A stretch of 64,000 nucleotides of DNA from Clostridiales bacterium (GCA_004554705.1 SFKS01000002.1:29942-93941), one strand, 5' to 3'. Positions 1 to 8,863 are shown, numbered from the stretch's first letter. Program-made: numbers and translations. Notes: a model not told the origin generated them from the sequence alone.

Positions 1-45
1 GTGTCTGGACGTTGTATAAAAAAGAATTATTAGAGGTTTAAAAGA

Positions 46-1497
46 ATGGTTGTATCTCAAAACAATAGAAATGAAACTAATAAAAAAAATCCAAGTGTTG
101 ATACTGGACTAACTACTGTTAATGCATATAATGTTTTAGCTAAAAAACGTGATGAGCAGGAAAATTATCATATGGCTTTAGAGCCAAATAAGAGTGAAAA
201 GGAATATGTTCATCGATGGAAGTATAGTCATAAAAATATGAATCGTAAAGTTCATATTAAGGCTTGGACTCAAGATGATAATCAGTATCATAATTATTTT
301 CATAGTTTGAATATTGATGTACAGGTTCAGGATTTTATGGGGACTGCTGAATTAAGATGCCCTTACGATTCTAGTTTAATGGAGTATTGGGAGCCTATTA
401 GGCAAAGTGTAGTGATTTATGGGGATAATGGTGGGCAATATAAGGATAAGAATGATATTTTGTTTGTTGGGCGTGTTCGTGAACTCCAACAAGATGGGTA
501 TGAGTTATCTATTACTTTTCAGAATTATGGTTGGAAATTTAAACAAAATGTATCTACTTCTTATGCGAATGATAATGTGTTAAATAAAAATGGGTATGCT
601 ATTATGTGTGCTATGTTTGAGGCTTTAAAGATTGATTCTTATGTGATTAGTCCTACTGCTGAAAAGCGTTTGCGTGAAGTAGGGATAGATAGTGATGGGA
701 ATCTTAAAGCTAATGGGGAGAAGATTGAGGAAATTCCTGATTTAATAGAGCGTTTAAAACAGACTGATTTAAGTGAAGTAGATAGCGAAAAAGCAGTTTC
801 TGCTCATTTAAAAGAGGATACATTAGCGAATATTAAAGATATTAATTATACATTAAAATATGAAGAACCTACCGAGGCAATGAAAAATATTACTGGAGGA
901 GATAGTGGAGGTTTCACCCCATCTGGAGGGGGAATATATCCAACACAATGGAGTGGGGGTGGTGGAGGCAGTGCTGTTGGTGCAGTTTCTGGTGTTGGTA
1001 ATGCTCTTGGTGGAGGTTCTACTAAAAATTGTAATCCCCCTAATAAACCATGTGCTAGTATTAAGGAGGAATATTTGCAGGCAACTGCTCGTGAATTGTG
1101 GAAGTATCAGCGTGGGTGTGGAAATAATTATCATACTTATATTAAACGTTGGGATGCTGTAAAAAGAAAAGACCCTAAAAAATATAGTAAACAAATCGCA
1201 CCATGTATTCAGACTGTGAGTAAGGTTAATACTCGTGGGAATGATGCTAAATGGATGAGTGAAAGGCATAGTGGTGTAGCTTATAATGCGAATAAGGCTT
1301 TTAATAGTTTTACTAAGGCTTTATCTGGTGGGATTAAAACAGTTGGAAAGGCAATTGGAGGGGCTGTAACTGGTGGTTTTAATAGATTGGATTGTTGGGG
1401 ATGTAAACTTAGATATGGGGGGAAATATAAAGGAAAAGGGGATAGTCACTGTAATAAGTTTAGATATCAAAACGGAAAAGGGTATTTTAAATGTTAA
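46..1497 (+). CDS. virion/tail-associated protein of unknown function (Gly-rich linker, Cys/Lys-rich C-terminus)
   Basis: 483-aa ORF with an AGAGGT SD about 8 nt upstream of ATG 46. It is the first gene of a tightly packed co-directional tail/baseplate block. It has an internal GGDSGG...GGGGGSAVGAVSGVG linker. No family recognised. Confidence 0.65.
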   Translation: MVVSQNNRNETNKKNPSVDTGLTTVNAYNVLAKKRDEQENYHMALEPNKSEKEYVHRWKYSHKNMNRKVHIKAWTQDDNQYHNYFHSLNIDVQVQDFMGTAELRCPYDSSLMEYWEPIRQSVVIYGDNGGQYKDKNDILFVGRVRELQQDGYELSITFQNYGWKFKQNVSTSYANDNVLNKNGYAIMCAMFEALKIDSYVISPTAEKRLREVGIDSDGNLKANGEKIEEIPDLIERLKQTDLSEVDSEKAVSAHLKEDTLANIKDINYTLKYEEPTEAMKNITGGDSGGFTPSGGGIYPTQWSGGGGGSAVGAVSGVGNALGGGSTKNCNPPNKPCASIKEEYLQATARELWKYQRGCGNNYHTYIKRWDAVKRKDPKKYSKQIAPCIQTVSKVNTRGNDAKWMSERHSGVAYNANKAFNSFTKALSGGIKTVGKAIGGAVTGGFNRLDCWGCKLRYGGKYKGKGDSHCNKFRYQNGKGYFKC

Positions 1498-1509
1498 GAG
1501 GTTTTATTT

Positions 1510-3003
1510 ATGGGTTTATTTGGGAATATTTTTAGTGTTAAAGGACTTAAAAAAGCAGCAGCTACTTTAAAAAAGATTGACCATAAGGTAAACTCTCTAG
1601 TTCATGAGGCTACACATCTTCCAACATATAAGAAAAGAAATACAAATAAGGTTCCTACTTTGGATGAACGTTGTAAAAAAAATCCTATTAGTCTTGATTG
1701 TCAGCTTTATAATAAAAAAAAGAAAGAATTAAATGCAAGAAAAGGGAAAGCGTCACAATTAGCGAAAGAACTAAAAAATGGGGTTGCTAAACCGGGGCAA
1801 ACTGCTAGTTCCAGTTCTAGCTCTGGGAGTGGTATTATTGGAGGAGACACAGCAGCTATGGATGCATTAGGTGTAGGTGCAGATGCTGGTACGGGAACTG
1901 GAGGAACTGGAGGAACTGGTGGTGGTGGGGCATCATCACCATTAACTACCGGGGATATGACATTTGAACAATTAGTTGGGGAAATATGTAATGGAATTGA
2001 TTTAGTTTTCGCAGTAAAAAGAAATACTGTCGTTATTACTGATTATGAATCATTATATGCTGAGGCTAAATATATTCGTGATTATGGTGGGTCAAATTTA
2101 AGCGAAGATATATCATTATGGCAATTAGAAGACGGAAGCTATGAATTAGATGTTACAGAATATGGTTTTTATAATACAGTAAAAGTAAAATATAATAATG
2201 GTACAGTTACTGAATCATATTCTGATTATGTTCGTGTTTTTGGAGAAGTACCTATTGAATATGATGAACCAGAAATCGATAAAACTACAGCTATAATGAA
2301 AGCCAAAGCCTATTTAGCAGCTCACATCAGAGATTTCGATATGACAGTCAAAGGAACAATATTACACAAAGCAGGCATTGATATTGGAGATATCGTTACA
2401 CTTGATAACCCATTAACATTAAGAGATGAAATTCATAAAGGAGAAAAAAAAGACCCAGAGTTCCTATTTGTAGTTGGGAATAGTATTTCTTGGGATAATG
2501 ATACTGGAATGATTTTAAACGATATCGAGTTAAGATATGGTCCAGAATCCCCAGAAAAATTAGATGTCCCAGAAGCTGGAGGGGGTTATAGTAAAACTGG
2601 GAACGGAAATATTGATTCAGCTATCGCAGAAGTTGCACAAATGGGGGCAAAATACAGTTACTGTCATAGTTGCCAAACTCATGATTGTGTAGTTTCTACT
2701 GGATGTGGAGATTGTTTTGGAATGAGTGATTTCCTATGTTGTGAATTAAATAGTCGTGGGGTAACCAATAAAGTTGTTGGGTATCCTACAAGCGTTCCAG
2801 AGCATAGAAGTGTTTTATATCAAGATTCAACAGGGCAATGGGTTGATTTCCCGTATCGTGAATATGGATTTCAAACATTATTTAATAATACAGCTGGAAG
2901 TAAAACCAGTACAAAGGTAGTTCCTTGCTCATGTGGAGCAAATTCTACTACTGTATCTACAAGTGTATCAACACAAACAACAAGCAATAATACTCAAATT
3001 TAA
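1510..3003 (+). CDS. tail/baseplate hub-like protein with C-terminal transglutaminase-like (Pei-type) cysteine peptidase domain
   Basis: 497-aa ORF with a GAGGT SD. It has a Ser/Gly linker, and aa 144-356 are paralogous to ORF 3216..4631. The C-terminus (GCGDCFGMSDFLCCELNSRGV...EHRSVLYQDSTGQWVDFPY) has Cys/His/Asp spacing typical of transglutaminase-core peptidases. Confidence 0.7.
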   Translation: MGLFGNIFSVKGLKKAAATLKKIDHKVNSLVHEATHLPTYKKRNTNKVPTLDERCKKNPISLDCQLYNKKKKELNARKGKASQLAKELKNGVAKPGQTASSSSSSGSGIIGGDTAAMDALGVGADAGTGTGGTGGTGGGGASSPLTTGDMTFEQLVGEICNGIDLVFAVKRNTVVITDYESLYAEAKYIRDYGGSNLSEDISLWQLEDGSYELDVTEYGFYNTVKVKYNNGTVTESYSDYVRVFGEVPIEYDEPEIDKTTAIMKAKAYLAAHIRDFDMTVKGTILHKAGIDIGDIVTLDNPLTLRDEIHKGEKKDPEFLFVVGNSISWDNDTGMILNDIELRYGPESPEKLDVPEAGGGYSKTGNGNIDSAIAEVAQMGAKYSYCHSCQTHDCVVSTGCGDCFGMSDFLCCELNSRGVTNKVVGYPTSVPEHRSVLYQDSTGQWVDFPYREYGFQTLFNNTAGSKTSTKVVPCSCGANSTTVSTSVSTQTTSNNTQI

Positions 3004-3215
3004 TTTTTGGTGGTGTTAAAATAGCAGATTATATTTTATGGGCTGATAGAGGAACAGGAGCTTCAGATATTTATACTGTTGCTGAAGCTTTAAAAACATG
3101 TAGTGGGGCAGGGTCAGTTGAGGTAGCTGGAATTGGACCAAATATAGGACAATCAACTGGATTATCCAGTAGGTCTAGTGGGAAAATTGGAGTTTTTCAA
3201 ACAAACGGGGTTGGG

Positions 3216-4631
3216 GTGCAAACTCCATTTGATTTTGAAACCGGGATTAAAAAGGGATATTATCATTTTTCCAAGGTCATTTTCCTATGGCCCCAATGGA
3301 TTGGGAACCAATGGATGACGGATGAGCAGATTCAATCACATAAGATAGGCGATGAATGGGATTGGAACAGGCAATCTGGTTATGGAGATTTAAATAGAAA
3401 GTATACAGCAGCTGAATTTTTTTCTGATAGTGTTACAACAAACATAGATTTAGTTACTGCTCCTACTCCTGAGGAAGCTGCTCAAAAAATCTGTAATGGT
3501 AACTTTGTTGGTAAAAGTGGAGGTACTCAATCACAGGGTGGGCAATCAAATACTTCTCCATTGTTAACTGGGGATATGACTTTCGAGGAATTAGTTGGGG
3601 AGATTTGTAATGGTATAGATTTATTGTTTTTGGTTAAAAGAAATGTTGTTGTGGTTGATGATTTTGAATCTATTTTCGCAGAGGCTAAATACATTAGAGA
3701 TGGTAATACATCGTCATCACCGATTAGTGAGGATATTTCATTATGGGAGATGGAAGAAGACTCCTATGAATTAGAAATTAATCAACATGGTTTTTATAAT
3801 ACGGTTATTGTTGAGTATAAGGATGGGACTGTTAAGGAATCTTTTGATGATTTTGTTCGTGTGTATGGGGAGGTTCCGATTACTTATCATGAGCCTACGA
3901 TTGATAAGACTACTGCGATTATGAAAGCTAAAGCTTATTTGGCAGCTCATTTAAGGGATTTAGAGATGATGGTTACAACTACAATGTTAACTAAAGCAGG
4001 AATTGATATTGGGGATATTGTTACTATTGAAAATCCATTAACCATGAAGGATAAGAATAGGGTAGCTGAGGGAAGAGACCCAGAGTTTTTATTTGTTACT
4101 GGGGTGAATACGAGCTGGGAGGGGGACGATTTGTTAACTACTGATATTGAGTGTAAGTTTGCTCCGACTTCTCCGAATAAGTTAGATGTTCCTACTAGTG
4201 GGGCTGGTAGTGGGCAGGCTCCTAATAGTAGTGGGGGTGGGAGTTTTGGCAGTAATGGGGTAAGTGCTGACGGCACTCAAATTTGTGCGATTGGAAAACC
4301 ATCTGCTGCTGGGGAGTCACACTATGGATATAGTTTTTACAAATCTGTGTTTGCGAATAAGTGTCCTTTTTGTGGAAAAAATACTTTAGTGTGGGCATGG
4401 AATTGGGCTAATGGAGCAAACTACGGATATTGCCCAGAAACACAATCTAACGAAGGAGGAAGCGTTGAGGGGCATATCTTCTGTGGACCTGGGGGCTGTG
4501 ATAGTGATTTTTCTTGTATAGACGGTAAAGACCATATGAACCCACCTCGTGCTACCTTAACGAGAATCAGTGGTCCTACTCCGTCAAGTGAAGCAGAAGC
4601 TCTAAAACTAAAAAATGGAGAAATGAAATAA
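3216..4631 (+). CDS. paralogous hub-like protein with Cys-rich zinc-ribbon-like C-terminal module; true start probably upstream (about 3021)
   Basis: 471-aa ORF from GTG 3216. Its core, aa 115-327, is colinear with 1510..3003. The C-terminus reads CPFCGK...C...CGPGGC...C. The frame stays open and coding-like back to 2991 with no ATG/GTG/TTG, and GGTGGTG followed by ATA lies at 3021. Confidence 0.7.
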   Translation: MQTPFDFETGIKKGYYHFSKVIFLWPQWIGNQWMTDEQIQSHKIGDEWDWNRQSGYGDLNRKYTAAEFFSDSVTTNIDLVTAPTPEEAAQKICNGNFVGKSGGTQSQGGQSNTSPLLTGDMTFEELVGEICNGIDLLFLVKRNVVVVDDFESIFAEAKYIRDGNTSSSPISEDISLWEMEEDSYELEINQHGFYNTVIVEYKDGTVKESFDDFVRVYGEVPITYHEPTIDKTTAIMKAKAYLAAHLRDLEMMVTTTMLTKAGIDIGDIVTIENPLTMKDKNRVAEGRDPEFLFVTGVNTSWEGDDLLTTDIECKFAPTSPNKLDVPTSGAGSGQAPNSSGGGSFGSNGVSADGTQICAIGKPSAAGESHYGYSFYKSVFANKCPFCGKNTLVWAWNWANGANYGYCPETQSNEGGSVEGHIFCGPGGCDSDFSCIDGKDHMNPPRATLTRISGPTPSSEAEALKLKNGEMK

Positions 4632-4641
4632 ATTTTGATAT

Positions 4642-4908
4642 TTATTGCTGTATTTTTCTCCAAACCAATCCTCTTTTTTTCACCTCTTGTTCTAATTTTT
4701 TTATATCTACATTATCAATCATTTTTTGTTTTCCATTTTGCTTGTAGGTATACCTAAAAGTAAACCCTTGTTTTGTTCGTTTTCGCTTTATTTTAGATAC
4801 ACGATAATATCCTGTAATGTTTTTTTCATATGGAATGTATTTCTCTATTTCTTCATACTGAGGTATTCCTCTCCATGGTAACTTTTTTGCTTTTACTTTT
4901 TTCTCCAA
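4642..4908 (-). CDS. repeat-module protein (last of three tandem modules), unknown function
   Basis: ORF from TTG 4908, on the strand opposite the surrounding structural genes. The same frame is open up to 5250 and encodes two further copies of the module. Confidence 0.45.
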   Translation of the reverse strand: MEKKVKAKKLPWRGIPQYEEIEKYIPYEKNITGYYRVSKIKRKRTKQGFTFRYTYKQNGKQKMIDNVDIKKLEQEVKKRGLVWRKIQQ

Positions 4909-5250
4909 TTTTTCTAAATCAACACTACTAATCGTTTTACGTTCTTTATTTTTATCATTATAACAATAGGTAAAAATAAAACCTCTTTTGCATTTTGAAC
5001 ACTTATGTTTATAAATATAAGCGGAGTTAATGCTTATATGCGATTTACTATCAAAAAAAATTTTGTTTTTACTTTCTTCTTTTTTATACGGTGGGATACT
5101 GTCGTATTCTCCGGGAAGCTTTTCCCATGGTAGATTCTTTTGTTTAACTTTTATTTCTAGTTTTTGAATATCAACACTGGTTATTACTTTCTGTTTTCCG
5201 TCTTCTTGATAAAAATAAATAAAATAATACCCCTGCGAATATTTGTCACT
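4642..5250 (-). repeat. open frame of 202 codons made of three tandem copies of a 60-70-aa module; no canonical start in the first 114 codons (possible 5'-truncated gene)
   Basis: Hand translation gives three units: QGYYFIYFYQEDGKQKVITSVDIQKLEIKVKQKNLPW, KRGFIFTYCYNDKNKERKTISSVDLEKLEKKVKAKKLPW and KQGFTFRYTYKQNGKQKMIDNVDIKKLEQEVKKRGLVW. Confidence 0.6.
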
Positions 5251-5285
5251 TTATATGTTTAATAATAATGTATTTTTTCGGTGAA
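5250..5285 (+). promoter_or_regulatory. candidate archaeal-type promoter for the 5342.. gene block
   Basis: TTTATATG at 5250-5257, about 85 nt upstream of ATG 5342. AT-rich background makes this weak. Confidence 0.3.
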
Positions 5286-5341
5286 ACAACTTATTTAAGA
5301 GTATAAAGATAAAAAATTTTATATTAAGGAGTTGTCTTTCT

Positions 5342-6031
5342 ATGGTTAAAACAACAAGTTATTCTCCAACTAATAAACGATTTAAAAAACATTTTGAGGA
5401 TTTTGCATCACCTAAGGCTAAAAAAGGCCACTTGAATAACAATGAAAGAGATACAGATGAAATAAAACATGAAAGAGGAGTCTTAGTTAAAATCGAAAAA
5501 AACAAAATCGACTCTAATGGATGGATAGTAGAAGTAGGACAAGGGGAAAATAAAAAAACATATGAATGCTCAAACGTTACCGGAGTATTATCCGTTCCAG
5601 ACAGTACCGAAACAGACCTATATTATATCCCAACATATACAGTCGACGTTGATATAACCATCGACACAGTATCAGCTATATACCAAATAACAAGAATAAA
5701 ATCAGTAAATAATCATGTAGCATACCAAAAAGACGGAGAACTAGTTCTAACCAACTCCGACAATATGTTAGGCGAAGAAGAAGATGAAGAATCCAGTAAA
5801 CTAACTATCGCCAAAAAGGGAGTAACAATCGACGGAGACAACATTGTAAACGGGGACATAACAGCAAACAACCTATCTGTTGGAAGAACATTTAAAGTTG
5901 GAAAACTTGATGTAGGAATAACTATAGAAAGATTAGAAAAAGAAAACCAAACACTCACACAACAAAACAAACAAATGCAAGAAGACATAGAAAAACTTAA
6001 AAGCCAAATTAAACCATTGGTGGGAGAATAA
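5342..6031 (+). CDS. baseplate spike/needle-like protein with C-terminal coiled coil (function tentative)
   Basis: 229-aa ORF with an AAGGAG SD. The beta-rich N-terminal half is followed by the heptad-like ERLEKENQTLTQQNKQMQEDIEKLKSQI. The position immediately upstream of the tail fiber supports a baseplate role. Confidence 0.6.
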   Translation: MVKTTSYSPTNKRFKKHFEDFASPKAKKGHLNNNERDTDEIKHERGVLVKIEKNKIDSNGWIVEVGQGENKKTYECSNVTGVLSVPDSTETDLYYIPTYTVDVDITIDTVSAIYQITRIKSVNNHVAYQKDGELVLTNSDNMLGEEEDEESSKLTIAKKGVTIDGDNIVNGDITANNLSVGRTFKVGKLDVGITIERLEKENQTLTQQNKQMQEDIEKLKSQIKPLVGE

Positions 6032-7789
6032 ATGCCAGAGCAAGGAAATAAAAAAATTTATATTGGTGATGTTGTCGTTAACGAAGATAACGAAAAATAT
6101 CAAAAACAATTTTTCGAAGATATTATCAAAACTTTTTTTGGACATGGGAACGGATTAGATGCTGATACAGTAGATGGATACCATGCTTATTGTTTTGCTA
6201 CAGCAGAACAAGGAAAAAAAGCAGATAATGCACTACAATCACCATTGTTAGTTGGAACAGAAACAGAATTAAGGAATGTTACAGAAACCGGATATCAATG
6301 GATTTTTGATGAAGGAATAAAAGTCAATAATGATTTCATACAGGAAATTTTAAAATTCTTCGGAGATGATATTGAACAAATTCCTGACTATTTCAGTGGA
6401 AACACAAAAGATGATTTAACAGAAGATAGAGGAACTGCTTTCAAAAGTAACCTTGCGATTATTCTTCCGGGTATTTGGAGAATATTACAAAAACAGTTAG
6501 AAAATAAAGTTGATAAACGCCCCGGTTATGATTTATCTCAAAATGATTTTACTAATGAATATAAAGAGAAAATTGACACCTTTGGGAGTAAAATTAAAAC
6601 CATTGAATGTGAGGAAGGGATTCAGAAGCAAATTCTTGACGCCGATATGGTTAATGGATTACAATTTATCCTTGTAACGCAGGAACAATACGATGCATTA
6701 AGTGATAAACAAAAAAATAATTGGCAAAATGTTTATATACTTGTAGATGAAACTCCTACTGGATATGAGTCTCCTGCTTTATGTACTTTTAAATCTGGAT
6801 ATCTTTTTGAGGTTAGAGATTGTCAGTTATATTATAAACCTATACAAGCTAAAGAATGGAGTGTAATGTATGATTTTGAAGCTTTACAGACATTATTCCA
6901 TTGCCATGTAATGAGAAGTTTAGAGGGAGATGAGGCTCCTAGTTTTGCGGATAATGCATATTTAAATTATCCTTTTATTAGTTCAAACTTGATATCAAAA
7001 TTTATAAACACAATTGACTGTGAGGGAACATATGGGACTGAAGATATTAATATTGATTTTCCACAATCAACTGACAGTACATCAATGTTAACAAAAATAA
7101 ATATTTTCCCACTATATAATGCTTTTATGGGGAAAATAGAGAATGTAAAAGAACAGATTAACAACCTTACGGAATCATTTAACACATTTAAAGGTGAAAT
7201 TAGTACAGAATTCTCGAACTTTAAAAACACTATTGCAAATGATTTAAAAACATTCAAACAAGAAGTTAGCTCCACATATGTTACTAAAACAGATTTTAAT
7301 GAAAAATATAACTCTTTATTGGCAAATATTAATGTGGTTAAAAAACAATTAAATGATTTAAATAATAATTTTGATGAAAAAACTAAAAAAGTTATTGAAG
7401 CAGAAGACAAAAAACACACTTTAGTTTTTAATATCCCATTAGACTCTGTTTCTGGAGAACCTAACACATATCGTGTACACCAATACAATACGGGAAATGG
7501 GTATGTTGGGACACTTCCATTAAGAATTACTGATGGGAATAATGAGGTTGATTCAGCGATGGGGCATGCTATAGAAAAACATTATGCTCTGGTTTGTTTA
7601 AATGGAGTGTGGTATAGGCAAAAGTTAATATATCAAACTGATAGTCGGCATTATGGTTTTAATATAAATATTAAGCTTGACCCGGGAACATATGAGCATT
7701 GTTGTATTATTGTCCCCGGTTTTGATGGAGAATGGAGATGGTTCCGTACTCAATCAGAGTTCTTTAATTTAAAAGTGACAAGAAATTAA
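6032..7789 (+). CDS. tail fiber protein
   Basis: 585-aa ORF whose ATG directly follows the preceding TAA. The N-terminal GLDADTVDGYHA motif is typical of phage tail fiber proteins, and the middle is a coiled coil. Confidence 0.65.
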   Translation: MPEQGNKKIYIGDVVVNEDNEKYQKQFFEDIIKTFFGHGNGLDADTVDGYHAYCFATAEQGKKADNALQSPLLVGTETELRNVTETGYQWIFDEGIKVNNDFIQEILKFFGDDIEQIPDYFSGNTKDDLTEDRGTAFKSNLAIILPGIWRILQKQLENKVDKRPGYDLSQNDFTNEYKEKIDTFGSKIKTIECEEGIQKQILDADMVNGLQFILVTQEQYDALSDKQKNNWQNVYILVDETPTGYESPALCTFKSGYLFEVRDCQLYYKPIQAKEWSVMYDFEALQTLFHCHVMRSLEGDEAPSFADNAYLNYPFISSNLISKFINTIDCEGTYGTEDINIDFPQSTDSTSMLTKINIFPLYNAFMGKIENVKEQINNLTESFNTFKGEISTEFSNFKNTIANDLKTFKQEVSSTYVTKTDFNEKYNSLLANINVVKKQLNDLNNNFDEKTKKVIEAEDKKHTLVFNIPLDSVSGEPNTYRVHQYNTGNGYVGTLPLRITDGNNEVDSAMGHAIEKHYALVCLNGVWYRQKLIYQTDSRHYGFNINIKLDPGTYEHCCIIVPGFDGEWRWFRTQSEFFNLKVTRN

Positions 7790-7807
7790 AAAAAAGGAGA
7801 AGATATA

Positions 7808-8626
7808 ATGACAAGAGAACATATATCATTTACAGAATATACAATTAATAATAATAAAATAGCTTGGTGGCTTGTAAAAAATAATAAGAAATTCAATGTA
7901 AGACAAGTGTACAATTATGGGAATCGTGTAGCAGATTATGGAACCATAATAAAAGTTATTAAAGAAAGAAGAGATAATGTCCAAGCAGATGCATTAATAT
8001 CTGAGTTTGTTGAATGTGCTATTTTTGATAACAAAGACTTAAGTTTCCTCCCTAATTATGTAACTGGAACAAATGGGGTAAAATATTATACAAACACCAT
8101 TGTTTCAATGAATAATCGTGTATCCGCTTATGAGGTTTTGCATGGGGAAAGTCCTAAAATTGTATATATAACTGATATTCATGGGAATGGAACTACCAAT
8201 ATTTCTGCTGATGCTACATTAGAAAAATGTTATAAAGCGTTTGGAAAATTCTCCACTATTGATGGGTTTTTATCCAAAATACAAGGAAGAGGATATTCAT
8301 ATTATTTTAATAGTATATATAATACTGATGCAACTATTGATAGGATTAAAAATCGTAAAGGAGTTAACTGTACAGATAGTTCACAATTAACATATCGAGT
8401 AGGGAAAGGATTAGGTTATGATGTGCAATTTATTCATGTTAAATGTAAATCTGGAACTGGACATGTAAGAGTTAGATTAAAACATCCCAAACATACTGAT
8501 AATGCATGGATTTATCGTGACCCAGCTGCTGTTTTAAAAGGAAATGGAGTAAGGTCTAATTGGTGTATGAATGGGCGTGTAATTGCTTATAACCCAAAAT
8601 GGATTCTCAGCGACACTTATATTTAA
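7808..8626 (+). CDS. pseudomurein endoisopeptidase-like protein (PMBR-like N-terminus + transglutaminase-like Cys-His-Asp domain)
   Basis: 272-aa ORF with an AGGAGA SD. The N-terminus contains KDLSFLPNYVTGTNGVKYY, which resembles the pseudomurein-binding repeat. The C-terminus reads GVNCTDSSQL...GTGHVRV...WIYRDPAA, giving candidate C188/H219/D238. Confidence 0.6.
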   Translation: MTREHISFTEYTINNNKIAWWLVKNNKKFNVRQVYNYGNRVADYGTIIKVIKERRDNVQADALISEFVECAIFDNKDLSFLPNYVTGTNGVKYYTNTIVSMNNRVSAYEVLHGESPKIVYITDIHGNGTTNISADATLEKCYKAFGKFSTIDGFLSKIQGRGYSYYFNSIYNTDATIDRIKNRKGVNCTDSSQLTYRVGKGLGYDVQFIHVKCKSGTGHVRVRLKHPKHTDNAWIYRDPAAVLKGNGVRSNWCMNGRVIAYNPKWILSDTYI

Positions 8627-8668
8627 TAATCTGTAATTTATATCAATAAAAAGGAGTTTTGTATCTTT

Positions 8669-8863
8669 ATGAAAGCTAATAATAATTTTAATAAAAAAAT
8701 ATATGAAGCGGTTTTAGCAAACCAAAAAAAAAATGAGACACCAGATAAAACAGAACAAAAACCACCAAAAGATGAGAATTCAACAGAAAATCCATCTGGT
8801 GATGGTGGAAAACCTAACGAAAATGAACCTAAAACACCAGAAGAAGATTCTCCATTAAAATAA
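8669..8863 (+). CDS. small low-complexity Pro/Glu/Lys-rich protein
   Basis: 64-aa ORF with an AAGGAG SD. It is followed by T-runs. Confidence 0.45.
   Translation: MKANNNFNKKIYEAVLANQKKNETPDKTEQKPPKDENSTENPSGDGGKPNENEPKTPEEDSPLK

Noticed and set aside
1-33. C-terminal end of an upstream plus-strand ORF (VSGRCIKKNY*).
   Set aside because: Only 10 codons are visible, which is too short to support as a feature.
853-1269. Antisense or alternative-frame ORFs inside gene 46..1497 (853..1269 -, 905..1162 +). Similar nested ORFs were seen throughout, for example 3947..4276, 6967..7488, 16862..17152, 26739..26966, 36432..36635, 52430..52765 and 62011..62361.
   Set aside because: Each is fully embedded in a much longer ORF that has recognisable motifs or an SD-preceded start. 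Their translations are low-complexity or hydrophobic strings typical of AT-rich antisense frames, and none has an SD.
2991-3003. Programmed -1 frameshift fusing ORF 1510..3003 to ORF 3216..4631.
   Set aside because: The overlap window in which both frames are open is only 13 nt and contains no X XXY YYZ slippery heptamer. Non-canonical initiation or an indel is simpler. This is kept only as an alternative in the finding.
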